Shown: one piece after another, positions 1 to 11,506 of the stretch
Layout: each line of letters opens with the position of its first letter
How positions within the stretch are numbered: position 1 is the first letter of the stretch
Assembly: GCF_016432865.1 (NCBI RefSeq)
Contig: NC_067400.1
Coordinates: forward strand, 299,150,001-299,214,000
From: Antechinus flavipes
Lineage: Eukaryota
Direction of reading: 5' to 3'
Length of the DNA: 64,000 nt
Program-made: the position numbers and the translations under genes
The notes under the pieces: model-generated
The model's input: the letters and a program-made list of their open reading frames with translations, nothing else
What the model was told of the DNA's origin: nothing
The model's database searches: none

Positions 1-990
1 GTATACATTAAGGTTGCCTCTGTAACATTTGATTTAGATAAATGAAGCAAACTTGGAACTAGGTCACCCAAGAAGTCTACATTGGGTATAAAGAAAAACT
101 TTTAACAGATGGATAGTTATGTATGATAATGGGGTTACCAAGGGAAATTGTGCTTCTTCTCTATAAATGTTGTAGAATAGGAAAGAATGATCCAACAGGC
201 AAGACTAGATGATTTTGTGAGTTTTTTTTTAGCCCCAATTATTTTTAGATTTGGAATTAGCAACTTTCACACAAGTAAAAATAATTTTTAAATTATTGTT
301 ATATAGAATGTATTATCCTCATTTGAGATAGCACAGTGCTTTAAAGTTGGTGAATGAAATATAGCATGAGAGGTTTAGAGTTTTTGTTTGGCCTTATATT
401 TATAGAATATATACCATGCCCATCTCTTAGTTGGGATTTGTTTTCTAATATTTTATATAAAATCCTCTTTGGGGACTTGGTTGTCTATATTCTATTGTTT
501 TCATATGCCAGGAAAAGTTGTATTATATTAACTTTTTTATTCTTAATGAATGATACTTCATAGTACACTATTTTCTTATTCCTTCTTTGCTTTGAAACAT
601 TATGTTTCCAAATCACATATCATAAGATATTCTTGTGTATAACACAAGTTTAGATTTCCTCTAAAATTTTCATAATTGTTTCTCTCTTTGCAGTTTATTC
701 TTACTCAGATTAAGGAAAGAAAAAGTTTTTTTTGGTAAAGAAGAAATTAAATAATATAAGCTCTACTTAGCAAACTAATTATAGAGATGTGCTTGTGACT
801 GATTATAATTTGATATTAGGATGCCAACATAACGCTAGTATACTAGTCTACAAGTTATTAATGGAATTACTATACCAGCTGCTCCATAATCAGCTGCTCT
901 TTAGTACAGGGGGATGTTTAGACAGAGAGGGTTTGTTTTATGGGGTCTGAACACTTCACTTTTTTGGAAAATAAAATATCCCTAGAATTT

Positions 991-1218
991 TTGTTGTTCA
1001 ATCATTTCAGTCATGTCCAACACTTTATGGCCCCATTTGGGGTTTTCTTGGCAAAGATACTACAGTGATTTGCTTTTTCCTTCTCCAGCTCATTTACAGA
1101 TGAGGAAATTGAGGGAAACAGGGTTAAATTACTTGCCCAGGATCGTACAGCCACTAAGTGTCTCAGGCCGGATTTAAACTCAACTCTGGTACTCTATCCA
1201 CTGTGCCACCTAAGATGC
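991..1218 (-). mobile_element. MAR1-type CORE-SINE
   Basis: Reverse RTE-like tail (catttggggttttcttggcaaagatact) plus reverse CORE (cagatgaggaaattgagg...ttgcccagg) and tRNA-like head. Confidence 0.85.
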
Positions 1219-4200
1219 TGTGAATCCAAGCATTCTGTTCATGTGTCCCCTTGTTCCTGTTTTTATTTAATGTTTATTATATTATCATTGTATTATAATT
1301 CTATATAAGAATTATATTATTGTATATGTTTGTATTACAGTTCTATATAAGAAGCTAAACTAATATTGTGAATTATGTAGAATTTTTTTAATAAGCATAA
1401 GGAATAGGGACTGCACCCTTTATTTCATTGACAAAGGAGTACTGCTAAGGACAAAACTCCCTCTCCTACCTATTGCATGCTGGTATTATCTCTGCAGGTT
1501 ATGGTCTTGGAGCTCTGAAATAACAAGCTCTGAAGGCTTGGTACTTGTTACCTAAGGTCACACAACTAGCATATATCAGAAACAACTTGAACTCCATGTC
1601 ATCTTAGTTCCTAGTGTAGCTAATAATATATTTTACCATACTGCCTAGAGAAATCATTCTACAATTATTATTTTAGATCCAAACTTGTGGAATTTTTATT
1701 GTTAAACTTGCATATTTAGTAGAACCTGCTGCTGAGTTCCAGCATTCTCACTGGCATGTAGCACTCCAGGTAATCAATCTCTCCCATTGTAGATCCTGTA
1801 TTATGGTAGAATGAACTCTGCCAAAAAACATTCCAAATACTTAGATTCTTTTAGCCAGTGATTAACAATCCAGTTTTCTCACTGAACTATGTGGCAGCTA
1901 AAAGTGAAAGAGATAGACCACTTGAGAGATTAGAGGCAGTCCTATCTCTTTTCTAGACATTATCTACTCAGAGGTCTCTATAAACCTCTTTAATGCTTTT
2001 TTATGATTAGGCTCAGTGTTCTTAGTCTGAACAAGTGAATGAAATGGCTAGTGATGTCTCTCAGCTGTCAAGAAAAAGTAGGCACAGAAGTAGGAATGAA
2101 TTGTCTCCTTTTTCTCTCTTAAATTTTTAAAAATATTTTTACTAATATAAAATTTATGATAGAATATTTATAATAAAATTAATAATGAAACATTTTAATT
2201 ATTTCATATTTACTTTAATATAATAAAATATAACACTTAAAATGTTTTTATTTTTTCAGTTTTATGATGTAATTAGAAGAAAAATATGGCCCTAAGTACC
2301 AATTAAAATTTTTTCTTTTTAAACAACTTGCAGCAATTTAACTGTTCCATGTATTCCCAGGATTAGCACATAGTAGACAATATGGACTTAAGTACATAAC
2401 AGGCAATTAATAGATAGATATATGTCAAGTTGTTGACTTGGAAGAAGCCTATAGCTAACAAATATGCAAGACAATCACTTAATCTTATTTCCTTAGTTTT
2501 TAAATTTGTGTTTTCTACATGTTCATGTATTTACTTTTAAAACATGTTCGTTTTTACTACAAGTCTATATTTAAGTGTAACTATAAATTATGATATATTA
2601 ACTCAGACTTTCAAATATATCTGAATCAAAGTTCTTTATGATTTGTCATTTAAAGTGAGTAAGCTTCCACTTCAGTAGAGAGAATTTATTTAAATTATCA
2701 TTATAGATCTTTTGGTTCTGTTCTCTCTCTTTCTCCTTTTTCATCTCATCTGTCTGTTCATATTTTGACTTTAGTCCAGCCTACTTTTAGGTTTTTTTGT
2801 TTTGTTTTTTGTCTTCCCCGTTCTCTCACCATATTAATCCACATTTGTGGCTTTGATGCATTTATATTTCAAGACTAAAACTAAATGCAAGAGAAGAAAA
2901 AAGGAAAGAACTGGAAAATGAAATGAGAGAAATAGGAGGTAGTTGGGCTAACAGATTAGGAAATGAGCACATCATGTCTTTTAGAATTATGGTAAATTTA
3001 GAACATGTCATATTCAGGGAAACCCTTTCTTTCTCTAAATATGAATTTCAATGCTTGCAAAAATCAACCTGATTATTAGGCAGTTGTGACCACCTCTCTT
3101 GACTTATACAATCCAGTCTGTGCACATCCATATATAATGCTAGAGGCATACAAATCCACTTTCATATTGTTCTAGTGTAAAAACCAGACTTCTATGATTT
3201 GTTAACAACCCCAATCCAGAGTGGAATTCCTTGCAATTCATACGAAAGATATTTTCAGACTCCTTAGAAAAGCCAGAGAACTAAGCAAGAATGGAACCAC
3301 CTCTTCATTCTGCCTTAATTGGACTCAGCACAGTCTCATCTGTCAATGGTCTGATACTAGAGCAGCATATCTACCATTACAGAAGTCAAAAGCAACTGAC
3401 AATACACCTATCCCAGAGGTATTCATTATTTTACTGGACCCATATCATTATTTCCCTCTGCATCCATCAAAAAAGTGGGAAAGTGAGCAAAGAACAAGAC
3501 CTCTAATCTTTTTGTCACTTAGAATCATAAAATTATATTTCTGCGTTCAAAACTATTTCATCATTACAACTCTGCCTAACATATTTATTTCCAACTGGAG
3601 TAATAAAAAAGCAAAGCCCAATTAGTTCACCTACCTGGAAGCCTTCCAAATTACCACAGAATGCTAATTCATTGATATTGTTACTAATTTTTGTTACTCC
3701 AAATACCAAATATGTGTGTTTTTATGTAATCCCTTAAAAAGCTAATGCTTCTGGAAAATCTCCTACATTCATGATAATACCACCTTTTCTTTCCTCTTAG
3801 TTTATGGAATGGCTTTGGTTTTCCCCTCCTAATCTGTAGTCCTAGGGTGCAGCTGTAACATATACCTACAAAATATTCTTTTATATCCACCACATTCCCT
3901 GGAGAGCCACTTTAAAAAAAAAAATCCAAAAGCCTGTTTTTGTAACATCCTCAGGAGAAAATCTGTGTTTGTTGTGACTTAAATGCAGTCCCTAGAGAAA
4001 CTTTATGACTCTTTAGAGCTATGTGGAAATATTAATTGGCCACCATTTTAATATATAGAATTAAAGATCAAAAGTTCACATTTAGAAAAGCTTTTTTTAA
4101 AAACTGGCTTTTATTCTTAAGCATAAAATAATAAAAAGCCTGAATTTAAGCAAGTTAGATTATGATAATATGTTTTTCAGTTCATAATAATCTACTTATT

Positions 4201-5496
4201 ACCTTGCATTCCCCAAAGGTCTGCTCCCTTTCAGTACCTGGAAGCCCACCTGTTGCTTTCTTCTGGCTCCATTAATTCTGCTCTGGCTGCCATTTCCCAT
4301 CCCTATAGGAATATGTATGAGCATGAAATTAATGACAGTTGCTAATGATGCCGGTGTCTTGTGGGAGGAAGATGGAGAAGGAATGATGTATCTGTATATA
4401 GAATTTTTTTATACCTAAGTCCTGGAATTATTAATTGTTATAAATGCTTCAATTTCCTTTCTTGAAAATGCTATTCTGTATGCTTCTGAGTAATGTATAT
4501 ACTTACTTAAGGCCCATGTTACAGTTTCCTACGAACTCTTCATGGGAAAAAGAAAGTGCTAAAAATTGCCCTTAGCTGAGTAGCATTAACTAAAACATAG
4601 CACTGCTTTCCCAATGATAATGCAGGGTGGGAGCAGGGGGAAAAGCCTACCTGGAAAAGCACAATTCTATTGCTCTGGATACCCACTGTTCTTTTGCATT
4701 TCATTAATTGACTTAGAGGATTTAGGATCACTTTGTTCTACTAGAGAATAGGTGGGAGGTGCCTCCTACCAGTGACCCTGGCTCTTTTTTATTTTTGAGT
4801 GAATGACCCTTATAACCTATAAAATAGATCCTTTGACTGTGATGTGTCAGAAAAAAAAAAATAGGTGGTAAGGAATTGTTCACTCTCCTATATTTTTAAC
4901 TCTTGGAGTAATTTAGCCGACTAGTTTATTATTATTATTATTAAGTTTTTGTGGGGTTTTGTTTTTTTGGTCATCATTTCACTAACTGCCAAGTATCATC
5001 ACTTTTTATTTACTAATCATCTGTCTTTTTCCTAAAAGTGTAGAACATTCATGGAACATTTGTTATACCTTAGTTAGAAAGATTATGTTTACTCTGTTTT
5101 TATGAAGCCATTAACTGCTACACTCTTGGCAGGTGTTTTATGACCGTGTCCTTTTAGTAAATAGGAAAATAAGGATGGTGTGTTTCTATCTAGTCTTTCT
5201 TGCCTTTATGTAATTTATTCTGAATGCATGATGGTTGGAAAGATAGTTCAAGAGAATACCTGGCATCTTCTTAGATTGCAGAGGACAGAATAGATACTAT
5301 TGCCAAAACTCACAAATTATATACTCAGTAAACATTAAGGACTTATGGTGCTGAGGGTCAGGGGAAGAGGAATCCAGGGATAAAAAAGATACTGTCTAAA
5401 TCTCTGAGAAGTTTGTAATTTACTAGATGATGATAATAATAGCCAGAGTTCACATGTGTACCGTGCTAAGTACTTTACAATTTTTTACAACCTGTA

Positions 5497-5729
5497 ATTG
5501 AGTTGTTTCAGTCTTGTATCATTCTCCATGAGCTCATTTTTGAGATTTTCTTGGCAAAGATACCAGAGTGATTTACTGTTTCCTTCTCCAGCTCATTTTA
5601 CAGGTGAGCTCTTACCTGAGCTAAGTGACTTGCCCAGGTTCACAGTTAGACAATATCTGAGGCTAAATTTGAACTCAGATCTTCCTTATTTAAAACCCAG
5701 AACTCTCTGCTCTACGGCACCACCTCACT
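5497..5729 (-). mobile_element. MAR1-type CORE-SINE
   Basis: ttttcttggcaaagatac...ttccttctccagctcattttacag...aagtgacttgcccagg...tttgaactcag. Confidence 0.8.
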
Positions 5730-6112
5730 GTCCTGTATATGATTACTCCAATATGTATGTGTATGTATTTTGTGTGTGTGTGTGTGTATGTATGGAATTG
5801 TTGCGTCCCAGTTGTTCACTAAGCCTTAGTTTGAAATAACTTCGATTTAGGATGTAGGATTTCTCTCACATGTTCATTTTGAATAGCAGAGTGAATATTG
5901 ATGATATTGAAGGTAAATTGAAGAAACAGGGTGCATGATTATTTCATGATAACAAACTCCTGCTCCTCAGACCCAGGATGATTCCTTAATAAAGACTTTT
6001 TTATTTGTCTTTTCCTGTATTTCCCCAGTGACTTAAAATTTTCCTCCTGTTCTCTTCCAATTACCTGTGTAACACTCTACCTCAAGCTGGTACAATTTAT
6101 CAGCCACCAAAC

Positions 6113-6308
6113 TCAGTCAGAAAGACCTGAGTTCAAACATACCCTCAAACATTTACTATGTGACCCTGAGCAAGTCACTTAATCTTATTTACTTCAGTTT
6201 CCCCATCTGCAAATGATCTAGAGAAGGAAATGGCAAGCAATTTTAGTCAAGAAAATGCCAGATTGGGTCATGAAGAACTGGACACAACTGAAATGACTGA
6301 CCAACAAC
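6113..6308 (+). mobile_element. MAR1-type CORE-SINE (further tail fragment at ~6459-6515)
   Basis: gacctgagttcaaa...tgtgaccctgagcaagtcactt...gagaaggaaatggcaa...actgaaatgactgaccaacaac. Confidence 0.8.
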
Positions 6309-7699
6309 TTTGTGTTGTGAAAAAAACCTAACAATTAAAAAAGGGGGAGGAATGGAAGCTTTGGTAAATTATATGTAATGTTTGTAACTTGATTTCACAT
6401 TCTTTAGGATGTATATCTTCACAGTGGTGCAGAAAACATAACTGTTAACTTCTTTGTTTGCTAAGAAAATCCCAAATGGGGTTACAAAGGTCGGACATGA
6501 CTGAAACACAACAAAAAATCACTTCTTGGCTCTGAAGTTCTTTCATTACAGTTTGCATTCAACTGTGTAACTCATTTCAGTTTTCAATTACAGGTTTATT
6601 TATTTATTTTTCTAGGGGGGATGGGGAGAGATGGAGCAAGTTAAAAAGGTAGTCATTTAGTGATGAATAAGTTTGCAAAAATCCTCTTCCACTTAGAGAA
6701 TCCCAGAGAATGATCTTTTTTGTGTGAAAACTGACAAGTCCCATTTTTAGCATTATCCTTGGGTAAATTGTACTATTTAGAATTCTCATTTTCCTAAATC
6801 TTTAGACTTTCAACCTTTTCTTCATTATTTGACCTATTGTTCTATAAATAACTTGATTTTTGTGCCTATTTTTATACACTGCATCTTTATTCTAGAGCTG
6901 GTTTTTTCCCTTCATAGATCTCTCTAGATCAGAGATCCATGATGTGGATCCAGAAGTAGATTTCATGGAGTCATTAATCCTTGGTTTCCTCTGTAATCTT
7001 TTATACTTTATATCTAGATATCCATTATAGTTAGTTTTTGCTTTATGTAAGTGAATCACTAAGTCAAGTGATTTTTCATGTAAAGCAGATTTGCCTACAG
7101 GTGTGGGGAAGAGCGGTAGGTAAAAAGGGAGCATCCAGTGGAATGGGGGACTGACATATAGTTTAAGGACACTTAGAAGGAAAGAACAGAGGAGCAAGAA
7201 CAGGAGGAGGAATATCTGGACCAGAAACTGACGTGAGATCTGAGAAGACAGATATTCAGGGAGACAGAGGGGCGGACATGTAAACAGATGGACCAAGTTT
7301 GGCAAAGGTCACCTTTCTGTTGCTACAGGTCTCAAGACAAGCCTCCAATTCAGAGTGGACAGCAGAGCCTTTCTACATAAGTTCTTTTGCTTCACTTGAA
7401 GGGTTTTGGGTTTTTTGAGAGGTTTGAGGATGGGGGCTATGGTTTAAATTTATTTTCAGTGATAGTGGTGGCAGAGCACCCAGCTGTGGGTCAGCATTCA
7501 GATTCCCTTCAGAATTCTTAATGCAAATTTACATAAAGCAAAAACTGTCTGTAATACTATAAAGTGGTTGTATGTATTTGAACTTTAATCATTCAAAGGT
7601 ATAATTATTTAAAATATAATTGTTTGTTCCAGCCCAATAGAGATAGACAATGAATTCAAATAATGTAACCACTTCGCAGGATTCATTATTAAATACTAA

Positions 7700-7815
7700 T
7701 TGAGACTTCACTGTATTTTATGCATTTAAAAACATTATATTGAGGAGGAATCCATGGGTTTCACCAGTTTGCTAAAGGGAGTACTTGACACAGAAAGGAT
7801 TAAAGATTCTTGTTC
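7700..7815. mobile_element. hAT/Charlie-like MITE fragment (related copy at ~51270-51380)
   Basis: aacattatattgaggaggaatccatgggtttcaccagtttgctaaaggg... resembles cattattctaagacgagatccattgccttcaccagattatcaaaggggtccatgacac at ~51305 and recalled Charlie-type MITE ends; family uncertain. Confidence 0.5.
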
Positions 7816-7859
7816 TAAATAATAATGAACATAGAAATTATTTTCTTTATTTAAAGGAG

Positions 7860-8110
7860 ACTAGATGGGAAAGTGGATTGCAGCCTTGAGTTTGGAGTCA
7901 AGAAGACTTTAATCTCCAATCCAGCCTCAGATACTAGCCATGTGACCCTGGGCAAGTCACTTAAATTTAGTCTGAGTCAGTTTCCTCAACTGTAAAATGG
8001 ATATCACAATAGCATATCTTTCACAATATTCTTGTGGGGGCAAATGAGATAATAGCTATTAAGTGCTTAATATAAGTGCCTATCACATAATAGGCATTTG
8101 AATACTTATT
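7860..8110 (+). mobile_element. MIR SINE
   Basis: tttggagtcaagaagac...tgtgaccctgggcaagtcacttaa...cagtttcctcaactgtaaaatgg. Confidence 0.85.
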
Positions 8111-9391
8111 TTCTTTCTCTTTTCTGTAAACAATTACTATAGAATATTTTAAAATTTATTTTTGTAGTTAAGTAATTAATATCCAAAAAATCTTGAGAGA
8201 TTTTAAGACTCTTGTCTTCTTCTGCCTTCCCTGACATGGAATCTGGTTTTACATCAGTACCATATTAAACTGATTGTCAAGCTAATTTAATGTACTAGAA
8301 AGTATAAAATCTACTTGAGTAAATTCTTTGATGTTCAGTATATTGATTGCATCTATACAACTATGACTATGGCATAGAGATCTGACATGTATTAGAGAAA
8401 CATTCCTCTTTATTCAACTGTCAGACACACTACCTTTTCCTTTACTCACCTTGTTTAAAATAAGCATGCAGACTATTTCTAATCTGTCAGTCTGTTAACC
8501 AGTCATATCTCCACAAATGGAGAAAAATAATCTGTTTGATAAGTCAGGAATGCCAACTTCATCTGTAACATAAAGGTCACTACACACAAAACAGAATACC
8601 CTGAAGCTCAATAGCCCTCAATAAGCTATAAAAAATGTGAATAATATTGGGAGGCTAATTCTACTGTGGGTTTTTCTGGTTAGTATTTGGAATGTTCACT
8701 TCTCTGTTTTCTAATGGAGCAAAGATTCCCTAAACAGATTTTTACTGGAATTTCCTCCTACTCTCGCCCCTCCCCCAAAAAGAATAACCTGGAAAATATT
8801 TTGATTTTCCAGGTATTATTCTTTTCTGTAAAAGCCTCCCTTCCCCCCCCCCCCCTTTTCCTCAGTATAAGTTAAAAGGCAAGAAAAGTTGTCAGTTATT
8901 ATGAGGTCAGTAGATGTCTTGAAAAGATAACTTGCTTTCTCTGAAAAGCCAAAAGTCATCTTAATATAATTCCTCAGCAAGCTAGGAAAGATTACTCTCA
9001 TACTGTTCTTTCCTTTGTGATGTTTTATTTGTTCTTACAAGCAGAATCTTTGTTCAGACTACAGGATAAAGCCCTTGCATTACTAACAGGCTTTCTTAAA
9101 AGCTATGGGATGTAATTCTACTTCCTACATCCTGTGTGGTTTCTGTTTGGGGAAACCCAGTCTGTTCTAGCCTTAAAGAAAGTCTCTTCCCAATAAATTC
9201 CTAATGGAAACATTCTCCCTCCTTCTGTGTCCAAAGAAGAAAAAGTTTTTTATCTGTTTTTCCACTAGAGGATGTCTCATTGGGCCCATTTGAGTGGGGG
9301 GTTCGGGGTAATCATTTGAGATCACAAGATATTTCTCTGTTTTATAAAAGCTTGTTCATTAAAAATGTATTTATATTAATATTGTCTGTAG

Positions 9392-9481
9392 GTTCATTCC
9401 AGTCTCAGAAAAAGAACCTATTCCACAAAATTGTCAGCAAATATAAGCACAAAAAGGAGAAGCCTAATGTTCCGGAAAAAG
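9392..9481 (+). CDS. BBX: BBX internal coding exon (90 nt, phase 1-1): (G)SFQSQKKNLFHKIVSKYKHKKEKPNVPEK
   Basis: Flanked by tgtag| and |gtactg. The translation matches the recalled vertebrate BBX segment GPFQSQKKNLFHKIVSKYKHKKEKPNVPEKG. It is a symmetric 30-codon exon. Confidence 0.95.
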
Positions 9482-10189
9482 GTACTGGTGAATTCCATCC
9501 TCCATTAAGGTTTCTTGGACACCTCTTTGAATACATTCTTCTGTACCAACAGTCCCCTCCCTTTTCCTTCCTTTTTTGCTTGCTTCATCTTCATCACTCC
9601 TGGCTCATTCATGTAAAAATATTCTCCAAGGTCTAAGGTTGAATGGTTAGGATGATTTCCTTCACCACAATTCCAGCCATCCAATATTTGAATCCTTTTT
9701 TTGGGGGGGAAAGGGGAAGGGAGGGAAGAGGAGGGACATGTTTGTGGATCCTGAAATATCTTTCACATCTCCCAGGTTTTCACTTCATCTATTATCACGT
9801 TGTCATTTTTTTTAATTAAAAAAGCTTCTTGAGCTTTCAACCATGCCTTATCATTTCTTTTTCTTAACCTCATTTTTTTCAGCTTTTGTCAGTTGTCACA
9901 AGTGGTATTCATGTAACACTGGCTTCCATAGTCCTTGCCAGGGGGTGCTCCTTTCTCACCGTCCTTTTACTTCAATTCTTTACTTATTTCCATGGTTAGT
10001 TATAGATCCAATCTCCCTTTCTAATTTCTCCAAATTTTATTAAGTAAGCCTTCTAGAATACTACTATTGGCTGGTTCCTCTCCTTAAAGCACTGACACTG
10101 TTTCAGTCAGTTAAGTGGGGTTCCTAATTAATTCTGGGCCCATCATAAGATTAATTTCACTTTCTGGTTAAATCTTTGTTTCTTTTAAT

Positions 10190-10410
10190 AACAATCATAC
10201 TAAGCTACTCTTTCATTATATTTTACAATTTGTTTAGTACTTTCCTTTGAAAAGCTTGTGAAGAAGGGAGTCAAATACTTTTATCCTAAATTAAAGATGA
10301 AAACCTGAGTCTCATAGATATGACATGATTTGCCCATGTTTTATATAGCAAAATGGTGGTAGATCAGTGGGTGGGAGAGAACCAGGATTAGAACCCAGGT
10401 TTGTTGTTTC
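10190..10410 (-). mobile_element. MIR-family SINE (degenerate)
   Basis: Reverse CORE: aagatgaaaacctgagtctc...gatttgcccatg...ttagaacccagg. Confidence 0.6.
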
Positions 10411-11082
10411 TTTTTTTTATTTAATTCATAAACTAGTGCTTTCCCCACTATACTCTGTTGTTTCTCTTAAATTCTAATTCAAACATCTCATCTGACCCAT
10501 GTATAGTCCCTTATATTGAAAGTTGCATTTTATGAGTCCTCCCTTCACTTCCTGCTATCTCCCTACACATACTTTTTTCATATTTCATTGTATATGTGCT
10601 TGGCTGTGTTTTTGTTTTATACTCAAGTGACTCAGTGCTCTGTGTTGCTTTAATCTGAATGACCTTGTTGTATGCATCTATATACAATTCATGCATGTGT
10701 ATATTTGTATATACATGTAGCTAATTTTGCTTCATTTTATTTTGTCCACTAATAAACTGTTTTCTTCATGTAGAAAAATGTGATGTACAATATTTCAGTA
10801 GATGTTGTTTCCCTCCAAACTAAACTTTGTTTCTTTAACCAATTTACTTACATGACCTTGACCTAGCCACTTAATTTATAATTAAGGAAATTGATCTGCC
10901 ATTATTCCGAATCTGTTTCCAATATTACTTTGTTTTCTTAGTTGGTAAATGCTATTTTGATATTTCAGTCATTGAAGTAAAACTATTTTTAATGAATGTT
11001 TTTATGACTGAATCATAAACACACACACGTTCTGAGGCTAAAGCTTTATTTTCTCTTTTTTTTCTTTCTTCATTATTTTTAG

Positions 11083-11142
11083 AAAAGGTCAATAAATGGC
11101 CAAATAAATAACTTACCTTTGACACCATTCAGCTCACTGACG
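11083..11142 (+). pseudogene. BBX: Decayed/non-coding homolog of a 60-nt BBX exon (pseudo-exon)
   Basis: Long pyrimidine tract plus AG at 11081-11082. Phase-1 reading gives (E)KVNKWPNK*LTFDTIQLTD, versus recalled human GSGDKWSNKQLFLDAIHPTE. TAA lies at 11109-11111 and the in-frame donor position reads TT (11143-11144). Confidence 0.8.
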
Positions 11143-11423
11143 TTATAAAAGACAGTGCACATTTCCATATTCCATAGTCCAGTGAATATAAATATGATTA
11201 GACTATAATTGATCCATGTTGCATGGTCTTGTGGCTAGTTATTCCTGAGTTCATTTTCTAAAACTGGTTTCTATGTATAAATTTGAAAGGAAAAACTTAG
11301 AAAAGAAACCCAGTTGTAATGTTTGATTTAATTATTTTAACAGGATTACACTATAATAATAATAACAATTTTTACATTGATGAGAAATGTGATGTTTAAA
11401 AAGTTGGAATAGCATAGAAGTGA

Positions 11424-11426
<3 letters not shown>

Positions 11427-11502
<76 letters not shown>
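11427..11502. repeat. Compound microsatellite (GT)21(GA)17
   Basis: Read directly: GT repeat 11427-11468, GA repeat 11469-11502. Confidence 0.97.

Positions 11503-11506
<4 letters not shown>

Noticed and set aside
3684-3893. Minus-strand ORF with a faint C2H2 zinc-finger look (GKPKPF...HECRRFSRSISFLRDYIKTH)
   Set aside because: Lacks properly spaced Cys pairs and His pairs and has no repeated fingers; most likely chance.
4309-4353. Good acceptor (cccatccctatag) followed by a 45-nt open phase-1 stretch
   Set aside because: Donor CCG|gtgtct is weak and the peptide (ICMSMKLMTVANDA) has no counterpart in BBX as I recall it.
8450-8625. Possible antisense exon (strong AAG|GTGAGT donor and U-rich acceptor on the - strand)
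   Set aside because: All frames contain stops, there is no partner exon or promoter evidence, and such pairs arise often by chance.
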